Virus record (IMG/VR): IMGVR_UViG_3300046787_000804
Span: 1-57,432 of that record
DNA length: 57,432 bases
Source of the DNA: a virus
Taxonomy: Duplodnaviria; Caudoviricetes
Reading direction: 5' to 3' (one strand)
The first letter of the stretch is position 1. Every line of letters begins with the position of its first letter. Positions 1 through 9,478 of the stretch are shown here, piece by piece. Below the pieces are notes generated by a model. It was not told where the DNA came from and did not search any database. It saw only the letters and a program-made list of their open reading frames with translations. The position numbers and the translations under genes were made by a program.

Positions 1-2
1 AG

Positions 3-101
3 GCCTGGGCGGAAGCCATGCCGTATTCGCGCAATGGACACAGCGGGTACCAGATTCTCTGGAATCCGACCGTTGCCCAAGAGATGCGGGAGGTGGCGTG
101 A
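3..101 (+). CDS. C-terminal end of a phage regulatory protein (Rha/antirepressor-like), partial
   Basis: Open frame AWAEAMPYSRNGHSGYQILWNP...EVA* ends in a GTGA overlap with the next gene; family assignment from memory only. Confidence 0.4.
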   Translation, partial: AWAEAMPYSRNGHSGYQILWNPTVAQEMREVA

Positions 102-919
102 TGGCACTTCCGATCATTACCGCTGATCAACGCATGCGCGAGAAAAAGGGCGTCAAGCTGGTTCTTCTTGGCAAGAGCGGCATTGGAAAAACCACGCAGC
201 TCAAAACCCTGCCAGAGGACAAGACGCTGTTCGTCGATCTTGAGGCTGGTGACCTGGCCGTCAAAGACTGGCGAGGGGACTGCGTTCGCCCAACCACCTG
301 GCCGGAGTTCCGTGACCTTGTCGTGTTCTTGGCAGGACCGAACCCTGCATTGCCTCCGGAAGCTCCCTACTCGCAGGCGCACTACGCGCATGTGTGTGAG
401 CAATACGGTGATCCGAGCCAGTTGACCAAGTACGACTGCTATTTCGTCGACAGCATCACTGTGCTGGCACGCCTGGCACTGATCTGGGCCAAGACTCAGC
501 CGCAGGCGATGTCTGATCGAACAGGCAAACCCGATACCCGTGGTGCCTATGGCCTTTTGGGTAGCGAGATGCTCGGTGCGCTGATGCATCTGCAACACGC
601 TCGCGGCAAGCATGTCGTGTTCGTGGCCATCCTGGACGAGCGCCTCGATGACTTCAACCGCAAGGTGTTCGTCCCGCAAATCGAAGGCTCAAAGACGGCT
701 GCCGAGTTGCCCGGCATCGTCGATGAAGTTGTGACGTTGGCCGAGATCAAGGCCGAAGACGGTGCGCCCTATCGCGCCTTCGTGACGCACACGCTTAACC
801 CCTATGGCTTTCCCGCCAAAGACCGTTCGGGCCAGCTCGAAATGCTCGAACCCCCAAACCTGCGCGCTCTCATCGAAAAGTGCGCAGCAGCAACCCAACC
901 TCAAAACAACAAGGAGTAA
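98..919 (+). CDS. Phage AAA_24/Sak4-like ATPase (recombination)
   Basis: Walker A GKSGIGKT, Walker B YFVDSIT, C-terminal AKDRSG motif; precedes an SSB-like gene. Confidence 0.85.
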   Translation: MMALPIITADQRMREKKGVKLVLLGKSGIGKTTQLKTLPEDKTLFVDLEAGDLAVKDWRGDCVRPTTWPEFRDLVVFLAGPNPALPPEAPYSQAHYAHVCEQYGDPSQLTKYDCYFVDSITVLARLALIWAKTQPQAMSDRTGKPDTRGAYGLLGSEMLGALMHLQHARGKHVVFVAILDERLDDFNRKVFVPQIEGSKTAAELPGIVDEVVTLAEIKAEDGAPYRAFVTHTLNPYGFPAKDRSGQLEMLEPPNLRALIEKCAAATQPQNNKE

Positions 920-922
920 ACC

Positions 923-1531
923 ATGTCCGCTTGGAACGATTTCAACGATGCCGAACAACAACAATCATTTGACCTGATCCCCAAGGGCACGGTGGCTCCG
1001 GTGCGAATGACGATCAAGCCGGGTGGCCATGACGATGCCAGTCAAGGCTGGACGGGTGGCTATGCAACCCAGAGCTTTGAGACGGGGAGCATCTTCCTTG
1101 CCTGCGAGTTCGTGATTCTGGACGGTGAATACGCTCGTCGCAAGATGTGGTCGAACGTCGGCTTGCACAGCTCTAAGGGACCTGCCTGGGGAAACATGGG
1201 GCGCACATTCATTCGTGCTGTCCTGAATTCTGCTCGCAATATCCAGCCGCAGGACAACTCTCCCCAAGCGTCAGCCGCACGTCGCATCCAAGGCTTCAAC
1301 GAGCTCGATGGCATTGAGTTCGTGGCTCGCATCGATGTTGAGAAAGACGGACGCGGTGAACTTCGCAATGTGGTGAAGATTGCCGTGGAGCCTGACCAGG
1401 CCGACTATCCGCGTGCGTCAGCGCCTGCCGCTCAACGTTCTGCTGCGACCTATCAAGCACCTCCTGCCAGCAGTGCTCCTGCACAGGCCGGGCGGGCACC
1501 TGTCTCGGGCAAACCGAGCTGGGCTCAGTAA
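923..1531 (+). CDS. Phage single-stranded DNA-binding-like protein
   Basis: Follows the Sak4-like gene; DFNDA N-terminus; Ala/Pro-rich tail ending KPSWAQ; AAGGAG RBS. Confidence 0.65.
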   Translation: MSAWNDFNDAEQQQSFDLIPKGTVAPVRMTIKPGGHDDASQGWTGGYATQSFETGSIFLACEFVILDGEYARRKMWSNVGLHSSKGPAWGNMGRTFIRAVLNSARNIQPQDNSPQASAARRIQGFNELDGIEFVARIDVEKDGRGELRNVVKIAVEPDQADYPRASAPAAQRSAATYQAPPASSAPAQAGRAPVSGKPSWAQ

Positions 1532-1540
1532 GGAGGGTTA

Positions 1541-2026
1541 ATGAAATGCTGGGTCTGCAACAGACAGGCCCGGGGTTTCGGCCACACCGACAACCGTCAC
1601 GGTGTGGGCCATCCCCGGCGCTACCCAATCGACTGGGTTTTTTGCTCGAAAAAATGTCAGGACGTCTTCCATGCGATGTACGGGAACTGGCAGCGCGTGC
1701 TCGATGGGCGAGCCGATATGAAGGAGGTTCCCATGATTGATCCTTCTGATATCGAGCTGGCCTCCATGAAGAAGTGCCTTAAAGCATTCGGTGAGTCCGC
1801 AGGCGAAATTGGCTTTGACAAACCACTGGGGGAATATTCCGAAGAGCAAGCCCTGCGCGTCATCGATGCCATCGTGACATGCTGGACCGATGCCATGCTG
1901 GCACATCACGAACAGACGAAGTTTCCGCCAGTGCATGGGATGAAGGCAACGCCTGATCCTCTGGCACACCCATTCGCCGACATGGAGGATGAATTGCCTT
2001 GGGTGGTGGAAGGAGAGAAGAAATGA
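1541..2026 (+). CDS. Phage protein, DUF6511-like, with N-terminal Zn finger
   Basis: CWVC...FCSKKCQ cysteines; AGGAGG RBS. Confidence 0.6.
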   Translation: MKCWVCNRQARGFGHTDNRHGVGHPRRYPIDWVFCSKKCQDVFHAMYGNWQRVLDGRADMKEVPMIDPSDIELASMKKCLKAFGESAGEIGFDKPLGEYSEEQALRVIDAIVTCWTDAMLAHHEQTKFPPVHGMKATPDPLAHPFADMEDELPWVVEGEKK

Positions 2027-2769
2027 TGGACTTCAATTCTTCTTCCAGCATCTCGGGTCAGGTCAGTGCGCTCATCGATGCCGGGCTGCAAAAGCGCCAG
2101 GCCGAACAACGTCCGAGAAGTTATCTCGGTGCATCGCGCTTAGGCGTCTCTTGCGAGCGAGCCTTGCAGTACGAGTTTGCGAAGGCTCCAGTAGATCCTG
2201 GTCGTGAGCATCCTGGTCGATTGCTTCGCATCTTTGAGCGTGGCCATCTCTCAGAGGAAAGCATGATCCAGTGGATGCGGCAAGCAGGCTTTGATCTGCG
2301 CACGACCAAACCCAATGGTGAGCAATTCGGATTTGCGGCACTCGATGGCCGCCTGGCTGGCCACATTGACGGTGTGATCGTTGATGGTCCTGATGGCTTT
2401 AAGTATCCCGCCTTGTGGGAGAACAAATGTCTTGGCTCCAAGTCCTGGCGTGACCTCGAGAAAAACAAGCTGGCGATCTCAAAGCCGATCTATCACGCAC
2501 AGGTGGTGCTGTACCAGGCCTATCTGGAGCTGCATGAAAACCCTGCGGTTTTCACGGCAGTCAATGCCGACAGCATGGAGATCTATACCGAGTTGGTGCC
2601 CTTTGATGCGGCATTGGCGCAGCGCATGTCTGACCGTGCGCTCAAGGTGATCTCTGCGACCGACGCGGGCGAATTGCTCGCTCGCGCTTACCAAGACCCC
2701 ACTCATTTTGAATGCCGGATGTGCGCATGGCAGGACCGGTGCTGGAGACAAATCAATGACGGACGTTAA
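2023..2769 (+). CDS. PD-(D/E)XK exonuclease (Cas4-like phage nuclease)
   Basis: GHIDG...WENK catalytic motif, Q..Y motif, N-terminal Cys plus C-terminal CRMCAWQDRC Fe-S-type cysteines. Confidence 0.8.
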   Translation: MMDFNSSSSISGQVSALIDAGLQKRQAEQRPRSYLGASRLGVSCERALQYEFAKAPVDPGREHPGRLLRIFERGHLSEESMIQWMRQAGFDLRTTKPNGEQFGFAALDGRLAGHIDGVIVDGPDGFKYPALWENKCLGSKSWRDLEKNKLAISKPIYHAQVVLYQAYLELHENPAVFTAVNADSMEIYTELVPFDAALAQRMSDRALKVISATDAGELLARAYQDPTHFECRMCAWQDRCWRQINDGR

Positions 2770-2965
2770 TCAAATTCTCAGCGAAAGGCTGGTCGATGCA
2801 CATGAGGCGGCCTACTGCTTGAAGATGCCTTTGTACCTTTTCACACACCCCAAAGAACGTGAACGTCTTGGGTTGCCGCATTACCGCGTCGGGAAGATGG
2901 TTCGCTTCAAGGTGAGTGAACTGATGGAGTGGATGCAGGTGGGGGGAGAAAAGTCGGATGCTTGA
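2756..2965 (+). CDS. Excisionase-like HTH DNA-binding protein
   Basis: LVDAHEAAYCL...LPHYRVGKMVRFKVSELMEW matches an HTH_17-like pattern. Confidence 0.7.
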   Translation: MTDVNQILSERLVDAHEAAYCLKMPLYLFTHPKERERLGLPHYRVGKMVRFKVSELMEWMQVGGEKSDA

Positions 2966-5228
2966 TTTCAATGACAACGACTCGCCTGCGCACAAAGACA
3001 CGGATGCCACCAGAGAGCAGTTGCGTGCATCGCTGATTGATCGACTCGAATCGGTTCTGACGGGATTGTTCCCTGCTGGCAAGAAGCGACGCGGCAAGTT
3101 CCTGATCGGGGACGTCTTGGGCAGTCCTGGTGACAGCCTCGAGGTTGTCCTTGACGGGGAGAAGGCGGGGCTCTGGACAGATCGAGCCACTGGTGACGGC
3201 GGCGACATCTTTGATCTGATCGCTGCCTACCTTGGCGCTGACGCTCAGGCTGACTTTCCTCGGGTGCTTGACTATGCCGCTGAACTGGTTGGACAGGCTG
3301 CGCCCACCCAAACCCGCAAGGCCAAGAAGGAAGCTCCGGTCGATGAGTTGGGACCAGCTACGGCCAAGTGGGACTACTTTGATCCCACCGGCCACCTGAT
3401 CGCCGTCGTCTACCGCTATGACCCACCCGGAGGCAAGAAGGAGTTCCGTCCCTGGGATGCCAAGCGGCGCAAGATGGCTCCGCCTGATCCTCGTCCGCTT
3501 TACAACCAGCCGGGGATGATTGCTGCCGAACGGGTGATCTTGGTTGAAGGCGAAAAGTGTGCGCAGGCATTGATTGCCGCAGGCATCACGGCCACGACGG
3601 CGATGCACGGAGCCAACGCACCGGTGGACAAGACTGACTGGTCACTTCTGGCGGGCAAGGTCGTCCTGGTCTGGCCTGATCGGGATAAGCCGGGCTGGGA
3701 GTACGCGATGGCAGCGGCGCAGGCGGTATTGGACGCTGGCGCTCTCTCGTGCGATGTGCTCTTGCCGCCGGATGACAAGGCTGATGGATGGGATGCAGCC
3801 GATGCGTTGACCGAGAGCTTTGACGTTGACACGTTCATTGCGTCTGGCCCGCGCATGTGTGTGAAGTCCACCAAGGCCATGACAACGCAGGATGCCACGG
3901 TGTGGGCGACCGACGATGCGCTGACGCTGGCGTTCACCTCCCGATACGCGGATGAGTGGCGATATTGCGCAGCCTGGGGCAAATGGCTGGTATGGACTGG
4001 TTGCCGTTGGCAGCCCGATGAGACATTGATGTCGCATCACCTCATTCGTGCCATCTGTCGTGAGGCTGCGCTCAAGGTGGACTCGCATCGCCTGGCCGCC
4101 AAGTTGCTGGCCAGCAGCACCGTGGGCGGTGTCGATCGCATGGCCAGGTCAGATCGCCGCCATGCCTCTACCACCGAGGAATGGGACGCGGACCTGTTCT
4201 TGCTCAACACCCCTGGCGGTGTGGTCAATCTCAAGGTGGGCGTGACGCGTCCTCACGACCGAGCTGACCGCATGACCAAGATTGCCACGGCCACTCCAAG
4301 GGGTGACTGCCCGCAGTGGAAGGCATTCTTGAACGATGTGACCGGCGGCGACCTTCTCTTGCAGGAGTACTTGCAGCGCATGGCGGGTTACTGCCTGACC
4401 GGGGCAACCAGCGCCCACGCATTGTTCTTCTTGTACGGAACCGGTGCGAACGGCAAGTCGGTGTTCGTGAACACCTTGGCCAGCATCTTGGGCGACTACG
4501 CCACGAGCGCACCCATGGACACGTTCATGGATGCACGGGGAGACCGTCACCCAACCGACCTGGCCGGTCTGCGTGGCGCACGCTTTGTCGCGTCAGTGGA
4601 AACCGAGCAAGGCAGGCGCTGGAACGAATCGAAGGTCAAGGCCATCACTGGTGGCGACAAGGTGTCGGCGCGCTTCATGCGTCAAGACTTCTTTGAGTAC
4701 ATCCCGCAGTTCAAGCTGCTCATTGCGGGCAACCACAAGCCCTCAATCCGAAACGTGGACGAGGCCATGAAGCGGCGTCTGCACTTGATCCCGTTCACGG
4801 TGACGATTCCTCCCGAGAGGCGAGACGGCAAGCTGACCGAGAAACTGTACGCGGAGCGTGACGGTATTTTGGCCTGGGCGGTCGAAGGATGCCTGGCCTG
4901 GCAACGCGATGGCCTGCGTCCACCCGAGTGCGTGGTCTCTGCAACCGAAGAGTATTTCGAAGCGGAAGACGCTTTGGGTCAATGGATTGAAGAGCGCTGC
5001 ATCTTGAGCAAGACCCATCGCGAAGGCGTCTCAGATCTGTTTACCGATTGGCGTGAATGGGCTGAGCGTGCTGGCGAGTACGTGGGCTCGATCAAACGGT
5101 TCTCCGAGTTGATGTCGACCCGCAAGTTCGAGAAGTGCCGACTGCATGGCGGTGCGCGCGCAATCGCGGGCATCAGTCTACGACCTAAGCCTCATATCGG
5201 TGGCGGCTACCCGTACCGAGACGATTGA
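2958..5228 (+). CDS. P4/D5-family primase-helicase
   Basis: Toprim VEGEK...PDRD, D5_N region, SF3 Walker A GTGANGKS, GNHKP motif. Confidence 0.9.
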   Translation: MLDFNDNDSPAHKDTDATREQLRASLIDRLESVLTGLFPAGKKRRGKFLIGDVLGSPGDSLEVVLDGEKAGLWTDRATGDGGDIFDLIAAYLGADAQADFPRVLDYAAELVGQAAPTQTRKAKKEAPVDELGPATAKWDYFDPTGHLIAVVYRYDPPGGKKEFRPWDAKRRKMAPPDPRPLYNQPGMIAAERVILVEGEKCAQALIAAGITATTAMHGANAPVDKTDWSLLAGKVVLVWPDRDKPGWEYAMAAAQAVLDAGALSCDVLLPPDDKADGWDAADALTESFDVDTFIASGPRMCVKSTKAMTTQDATVWATDDALTLAFTSRYADEWRYCAAWGKWLVWTGCRWQPDETLMSHHLIRAICREAALKVDSHRLAAKLLASSTVGGVDRMARSDRRHASTTEEWDADLFLLNTPGGVVNLKVGVTRPHDRADRMTKIATATPRGDCPQWKAFLNDVTGGDLLLQEYLQRMAGYCLTGATSAHALFFLYGTGANGKSVFVNTLASILGDYATSAPMDTFMDARGDRHPTDLAGLRGARFVASVETEQGRRWNESKVKAITGGDKVSARFMRQDFFEYIPQFKLLIAGNHKPSIRNVDEAMKRRLHLIPFTVTIPPERRDGKLTEKLYAERDGILAWAVEGCLAWQRDGLRPPECVVSATEEYFEAEDALGQWIEERCILSKTHREGVSDLFTDWREWAERAGEYVGSIKRFSELMSTRKFEKCRLHGGARAIAGISLRPKPHIGGGYPYRDD

Positions 5229-5238
5229 ACAAACCCAT

Positions 5239-5333
5239 GGTGACGGATTTGACAGTCTTACTGATTAACCCCTCACGCGTGCGCGTACACACACGATAGA
5301 GAGTTAACCGTGAAACGTGTCAAACCCGTCACC
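5239..5333. repeat. 16-bp inverted repeat pair just downstream of the primase (candidate replication origin)
   Basis: GGTGACGGATTTGACA (5239-5254) versus TGTCAAACCCGTCACC (5318-5333), 15/16 complementary, flanking CACGCGTGCGCGTACACACACG. Confidence 0.55.
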
Positions 5334-5354
5334 CAGCAAAAAACTGGAGACGAA

Positions 5355-5828
5355 ATGAACATGACGATTCTTGCCCTGGACCTGGGCACAACGACTGGCT
5401 GGGCATTGATGCATGCAGACGGTCAGATCACAAGCGGCAGCCAATCCTTCAAGCCTCAACGCTTTGAGGGAGGCGGTATGCGGTTCCTGAAATTCAAACG
5501 CTGGCTCACAGACGTCAAGCAATGCACCTCAGGCATTGACCTGGTTGTGTTTGAGGAAGTGCGTAGACATGCGGGGGTAGATGCCGCACATGCCTACGGT
5601 GGCTTTATGGGTCAACTGACTGCCTGGTGTGAGCATCATCAAATTCCCTACGAAGGCGTGCCAGTCGGAACGATCAAGAAGCACGCAACCGGCAAGGGAA
5701 ACGCTGGCAAGGAGGACATGATCGCGAGCGCACAAGCACGTGGCCACAATCCTGCAGACGACAACGAAGCGGATGCGATTGCACTGGTCTACCTGACCCA
5801 CGATCGCCAGATGCCACAGGAGGTTTGA
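5355..5828 (+). CDS. RuvC-like Holliday junction resolvase
   Basis: ILALDLGTTTGWA, VFEEV, KKHATGKGNAGK, DNEADA motifs. Confidence 0.8.
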   Translation: MNMTILALDLGTTTGWALMHADGQITSGSQSFKPQRFEGGGMRFLKFKRWLTDVKQCTSGIDLVVFEEVRRHAGVDAAHAYGGFMGQLTAWCEHHQIPYEGVPVGTIKKHATGKGNAGKEDMIASAQARGHNPADDNEADAIALVYLTHDRQMPQEV

Positions 5829-5829
5829 G

Positions 5830-6036
5830 ATGAAAGTCCCAGCACAACCCTATCGCTGCGCTCTTGGAAAGGTGCAGCCTGTCGTGACTGACCTGGATGC
5901 CGTCAAGCGTTCAGGCTGGCGTGAGCAACACATCCTGGTCATCTCCGATCAAGACGAGCGACTTGACTTCCTCGAGCGTGAGTTCATCAAGCGCATTGGC
6001 GAGCGTCTCTATGGAGCAGGAGGCAAGCATGACTAA
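5830..6036 (+). CDS. Hypothetical phage protein
   Basis: GGAGG RBS; coupled to neighbours. Confidence 0.6.
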   Translation: MKVPAQPYRCALGKVQPVVTDLDAVKRSGWREQHILVISDQDERLDFLEREFIKRIGERLYGAGGKHD

Positions 6037-6433
6037 GACGATCACCATCTGGACTGTTGATGATGTGGCAGCACGTTTTAGTGATGCCGCTTACACGTCC
6101 TGCCGACTTCCTCCCGTGCGTGTCCAGGGATATGTAAGCCCTTGGATGAGCCTTGCCATGCAAGTGCCCAATCGCTACCCAGACCCTGAGCGTGTCTATC
6201 GCCCCATGCCACCCGGTCCTGAGGCGGTCGAACGCATGCTCGAGACGATGCGTTGGGTTCAGTGGCTGGAGGAAGAGCAACGACACCTGGTCTGGATGCG
6301 GGCCAAGCGATACGAGTGGCATCAGATCGGTCGTCGCTTTGCCTGCGATCGAAACACCGCAGCCAGGCGTTGGAAGAAGGCCATTCAACTGGTCACCGAC
6401 AAGCTCAACGATGCAATCAACTCATGCGCGTAA
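6029..6433 (+). CDS. DUF6362-like HTH protein, probable late-gene regulator
   Basis: C-terminal sigma-r4-like HTH (WHQIGRRFACDRNTAARRW); last early gene before the packaging region. Confidence 0.65.
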   Translation: MTKTITIWTVDDVAARFSDAAYTSCRLPPVRVQGYVSPWMSLAMQVPNRYPDPERVYRPMPPGPEAVERMLETMRWVQWLEEEQRHLVWMRAKRYEWHQIGRRFACDRNTAARRWKKAIQLVTDKLNDAINSCA

Positions 6434-6584
6434 ATTGGCGTGATTTGAACAAGTTGGTGGGCAATGTGGGTGCACGTGAGGCAATGAGCGAATTTACCCA
6501 GTGCAGCATTTCAGTCCAATTGAGCGTACATTTTCAGCTATGGTGTGGAAAGGAGTGCAGGCCACTCCCTCCACACAAATTTCT

Positions 6585-6640
6585 GGGTCCTTCCTCGCCA
6601 AATCCCTATGCGGGGGGCAAAGGCCCGAGATTTCGATAGC
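6585..6640 (+). other. Candidate cos site (cosQ + cosN-like)
   Basis: GGGTCCT (identical to lambda cosQ) followed about 21 nt later by G-rich GGGGGCAAAGGC and CCGAGATTTCG, resembling the lambda cosQ-cosN layout; terminase is gpA type. Confidence 0.55.
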
Positions 6641-6713
6641 GACAGATTGGAAAACCGGGTTTGCAGTTCGCACCGGGTTTGCACCTCCCCCTCACCCCCC
6701 CCCCAAGGACTTT

Positions 6714-7979
6714 ATGACTCCCGAGATCAGAATGATCGCGGTGGATTCGCTCATCCCTTATGCGCGAAACGCCCGCACACACAGCGACGGCCAAGTGGCT
6801 CAGATTGCAGCATCCATTGCCGAGTTTGGGTTCACCAACCCGATCCTGTCGGATGGCGAGCGCGGAGTGATTGCTGGGCATGGTCGTTTGATGGCTGCCC
6901 GAAAGTTGGGGCTCACAGAAGTGCCTGTGATCGAGTTGGCGCACCTGACGCCAACCCAGAAAAAGGCCTACATCCTGGCCGACAACCGGATTGCCGAAAA
7001 CGCAGGCTGGGATGAGGAGCTTCTGAAACTGGAGCTGGCTGAGCTGCAGGCTGCTGAGTACGACTTGGACCTGATGGGCTTCAGCGATGAGGAAATCGAC
7101 AAGCTGCTCAATGGCGATGAACAAAGCGATGGTCTGACCGACGAAGATGCAGTACCGGAAACCCCAGTAGAACCGACATCAAAGCCGGGCGACCTGTGGA
7201 TCCTCGGCAACCATCGCTTGCTTTGCGGAGACTCCACGGTCCTGACGGACGTGGAGCGCCTGATGGATGGCCAACTAGCTGACATGGCGTTCACCGATCC
7301 ACCCTACAACGTGGACTATGGCAACAGCGCCAAGGACAAGATGCGAGGCAAAGACCGACGCATCCTTAACGATGCCTTGGGTGACGGCTTCTACCAATTT
7401 CTCTATGACGCTTGCGTCAACCTGCTGGTGGTCACCAAGGGCGCTTGCTACGTGTGCATGAGTTCATCGGAGCTGCACACCTTGCAAAAAGCCTGGCTGG
7501 ATGCGGGCGGCAAGTGGTCGACTTTCGTGATTTGGGCCAAGAACACCTTCACGCTGGGTCGAGCGGATTACCAGCGTCAGTACGAACCGATCTTGTACGG
7601 CTGGAAGCAGGGAACCGATCACTTCTGGTGCGGCGACCGAGACCAGGCAGATGTCTGGTTCTATAACAAGCCGCGTGTCAACGATCTGCATCCGACCATG
7701 AAACCGGTCGAGCTGGTTGAGCGAGCCATTCGCAATTCGTCCAAGAGCCGCGATGTCGTTCTGGATCTATTTGGTGGCTCCGGAACCACCTTGATTGCGT
7801 GTGAGAAGACGGGGCGTCAAGCTCGCTTGATTGAACTGGATCCGAAATTTGTGGACGTGATCGTCAAACGCTGGGAAGACTACACCGGCAAGAAAGCCGT
7901 TCGAGAAAACGGTGGCTCAGAACTGGAGCAGACATTGCAGGCCAATGAGCAAGAGGCGGCGGATCAGCTGCAGTCTTGA
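6714..7979 (+). CDS. ParB-N domain fused DNA methyltransferase (N6A/N4C)
   Basis: N-terminal ParB-like PYARNARTHS...AGHGRL; DPPY, HPTMKP and DLFGGSGTT motifs; start taken at ATG 6714 after AAGGA. Confidence 0.9.
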   Translation: MTPEIRMIAVDSLIPYARNARTHSDGQVAQIAASIAEFGFTNPILSDGERGVIAGHGRLMAARKLGLTEVPVIELAHLTPTQKKAYILADNRIAENAGWDEELLKLELAELQAAEYDLDLMGFSDEEIDKLLNGDEQSDGLTDEDAVPETPVEPTSKPGDLWILGNHRLLCGDSTVLTDVERLMDGQLADMAFTDPPYNVDYGNSAKDKMRGKDRRILNDALGDGFYQFLYDACVNLLVVTKGACYVCMSSSELHTLQKAWLDAGGKWSTFVIWAKNTFTLGRADYQRQYEPILYGWKQGTDHFWCGDRDQADVWFYNKPRVNDLHPTMKPVELVERAIRNSSKSRDVVLDLFGGSGTTLIACEKTGRQARLIELDPKFVDVIVKRWEDYTGKKAVRENGGSELEQTLQANEQEAADQLQS

Positions 7980-8341
7980 GCAATTCCGCTTTGGATCACA
8001 AGCCCAGTGAGATATGGCAGCCCCTTGGGGATTCCGTGGGTTCGCTGGGTCGTGCGTCCAATTTTCCAGCTCATCCATTTCTCGATAGCAAGAGTCACTG
8101 CCTGGTGCATGTCTGGGTGAACCAACAGAGTGTCTTGAACCGCATCAGCAAAGTGACGACCATGGCGGCTATCCAAGAAAATACGGACGGATTCAAGCGG
8201 CTCGCCGGTGGCTTTGAAGATTTCCGTCATGGCCATTGGCCAAGCGACGCTCGCGTAGCCACCCATCGTTCCCCAAAATCCCCAGGACTCGTTTTCGGAG
8301 GCGGGAATTTTGAGCGGGTCTTGTCCTGGTGATGTTTGCAT
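7964..8341 (-). CDS. Hypothetical phage protein
   Basis: WGFWGTM...FLDSRHGRHFAD motif typical of this prophage class; part of a reverse-strand cluster. Confidence 0.65.
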   Translation of the reverse strand: MQTSPGQDPLKIPASENESWGFWGTMGGYASVAWPMAMTEIFKATGEPLESVRIFLDSRHGRHFADAVQDTLLVHPDMHQAVTLAIEKWMSWKIGRTTQRTHGIPKGLPYLTGLVIQSGIAQDCS

Positions 8342-8344
8342 GGC

Positions 8345-8704
8345 TCACCCCAATCGGGCAACGTAGCGTGGGTAATCCCCGCCAGATGGATCGATGAACA
8401 GATAGGGGCGACCGGGTGCGTGAACTTGGACGCAAAGGCGTCCTTGTCCCAAGTAGCCGCCCTTGCCCTTGAGCCAGTCGCGCGACTTGAAGAGATTCAT
8501 CGCGAATCCGTCGAACTCTTCGGGCTCCATCTCACGGACCTCGGTGACGTAGACGATGTAATCGCCGCTGCCTGCGATGTCGTTGATGTCGCTGGGTTTA
8601 CGTCCGAAAGGCAAGCGGATGCTCAGCTCTTGAACCTCAATCTCCTGGCCGTCGAAATTCACGGTCAAGGGTTTGCATTCGATGTTGAGGATGATGTTTT
8701 TCAT
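8345..8704 (-). CDS. Hypothetical phage protein
   Basis: GAGG RBS before ATG at 8704; ends IDPSGGDYPRYVARLG. Confidence 0.6.
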   Translation of the reverse strand: MKNIILNIECKPLTVNFDGQEIEVQELSIRLPFGRKPSDINDIAGSGDYIVYVTEVREMEPEEFDGFAMNLFKSRDWLKGKGGYLGQGRLCVQVHAPGRPYLFIDPSGGDYPRYVARLG

Positions 8705-8711
8705 GTGAACC

Positions 8712-9158
8712 TCAGGCGATGCGGTAGGTGCGTTGTTGGCCATCGGTTTTCTCGGAAACGATGCTCAAACCGAGCTTCTTTTTCAGGGCTCCGGCCATGC
8801 AGCCCCTGACCGTGTGCTGTTGCCACCCGGTGGCCTGGACCATCTGCTCGAGCGTTGCCCCCTCCGGACGCTGGAGCAATTCGATCAGCGCGGCCTGCTT
8901 GGTGCCCTCTCGTTTGGAGGGTGTTGCCTTGACCTCGATCGCAATGCCAAGGGCGCTGCGCCCTGCGTCGGTGATTGCAAATTGCGTGGTGCCGTCCTCG
9001 GCTTGGCTGTGGGCGGCAATGAGCTTGGCGTTGGCTAGGGATGTCAAAACCTTAAGCCGCGCACCCCCTTTGAGATTGGCCGGGAAGTCGGTCAGCAAGT
9101 GCTCTGGATGCTGGGCCGCTGCGGTGAGCAGATTGGTTTGGGTCTCGGAGAGTTTCAT
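8712..9158 (-). CDS. DUF3489 domain protein
   Basis: REGTKQAALIELLQRPEGATLEQMVQATGWQQHTVRG...KKKLGL signature. Confidence 0.85.
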   Translation of the reverse strand: MKLSETQTNLLTAAAQHPEHLLTDFPANLKGGARLKVLTSLANAKLIAAHSQAEDGTTQFAITDAGRSALGIAIEVKATPSKREGTKQAALIELLQRPEGATLEQMVQATGWQQHTVRGCMAGALKKKLGLSIVSEKTDGQQRTYRIA

Positions 9159-9186
9159 GGTTTTTCCTTTTAAAAATGGTGATGTG

Positions 9187-9216
9187 ATGAACGCTTCATT
9201 CCGCTCGCTTATCAAG
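9187..9216 (-). promoter_or_regulatory. Repeated promoter/operator motif, copy 1
   Basis: ATGAACGCTTCATT-N10-ATCAAG, containing palindrome ATGAA-CGC-TTCAT; upstream of the DUF3489 gene. Confidence 0.6.
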
Positions 9217-9445
9217 CGATTTCTGAATCTTTTTTCTTTCCCTGTGGCTTCTTCGTCTGCGCCTTCAGGCCAGCCTGATAAGCCGCTTGCAGAGCAGCCT
9301 CAATTCCCCAAACCGACACGTCGTGAAAATCCAGCCGGTCCGAATGCTGCGTCTGCAGCGTCTGGACAAAAAGGTGCTCGCGTGCGATCAGCTCCAAAAG
9401 GCAAGAAGGCGCGTTGATGGCGTTGGTGGTTTTCTTGTGGTTCAT
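9212..9445 (-). CDS. DUF6900-like small protein
   Basis: IAREHLFVQTLQTQHSDRLDFHDVSVWGIEAALQAAYQAG signature. Confidence 0.75.
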   Translation of the reverse strand: MNHKKTTNAINAPSCLLELIAREHLFVQTLQTQHSDRLDFHDVSVWGIEAALQAAYQAGLKAQTKKPQGKKKDSEIA

Positions 9446-9478
9446 GCGGCGCTCCAAAAAACGTTGATTGATGACCGT

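Noticed and set aside
2023-2769. Cas4-like nuclease as evidence of CRISPR-Cas
   Set aside because: It lies in the phage Sak4-SSB recombination module; no other cas genes or array are present.
6501-6713. N-terminal extension of the methyltransferase ORF
   Set aside because: It spans the cos-like non-coding region; the ParB domain and RBS point to ATG 6714.
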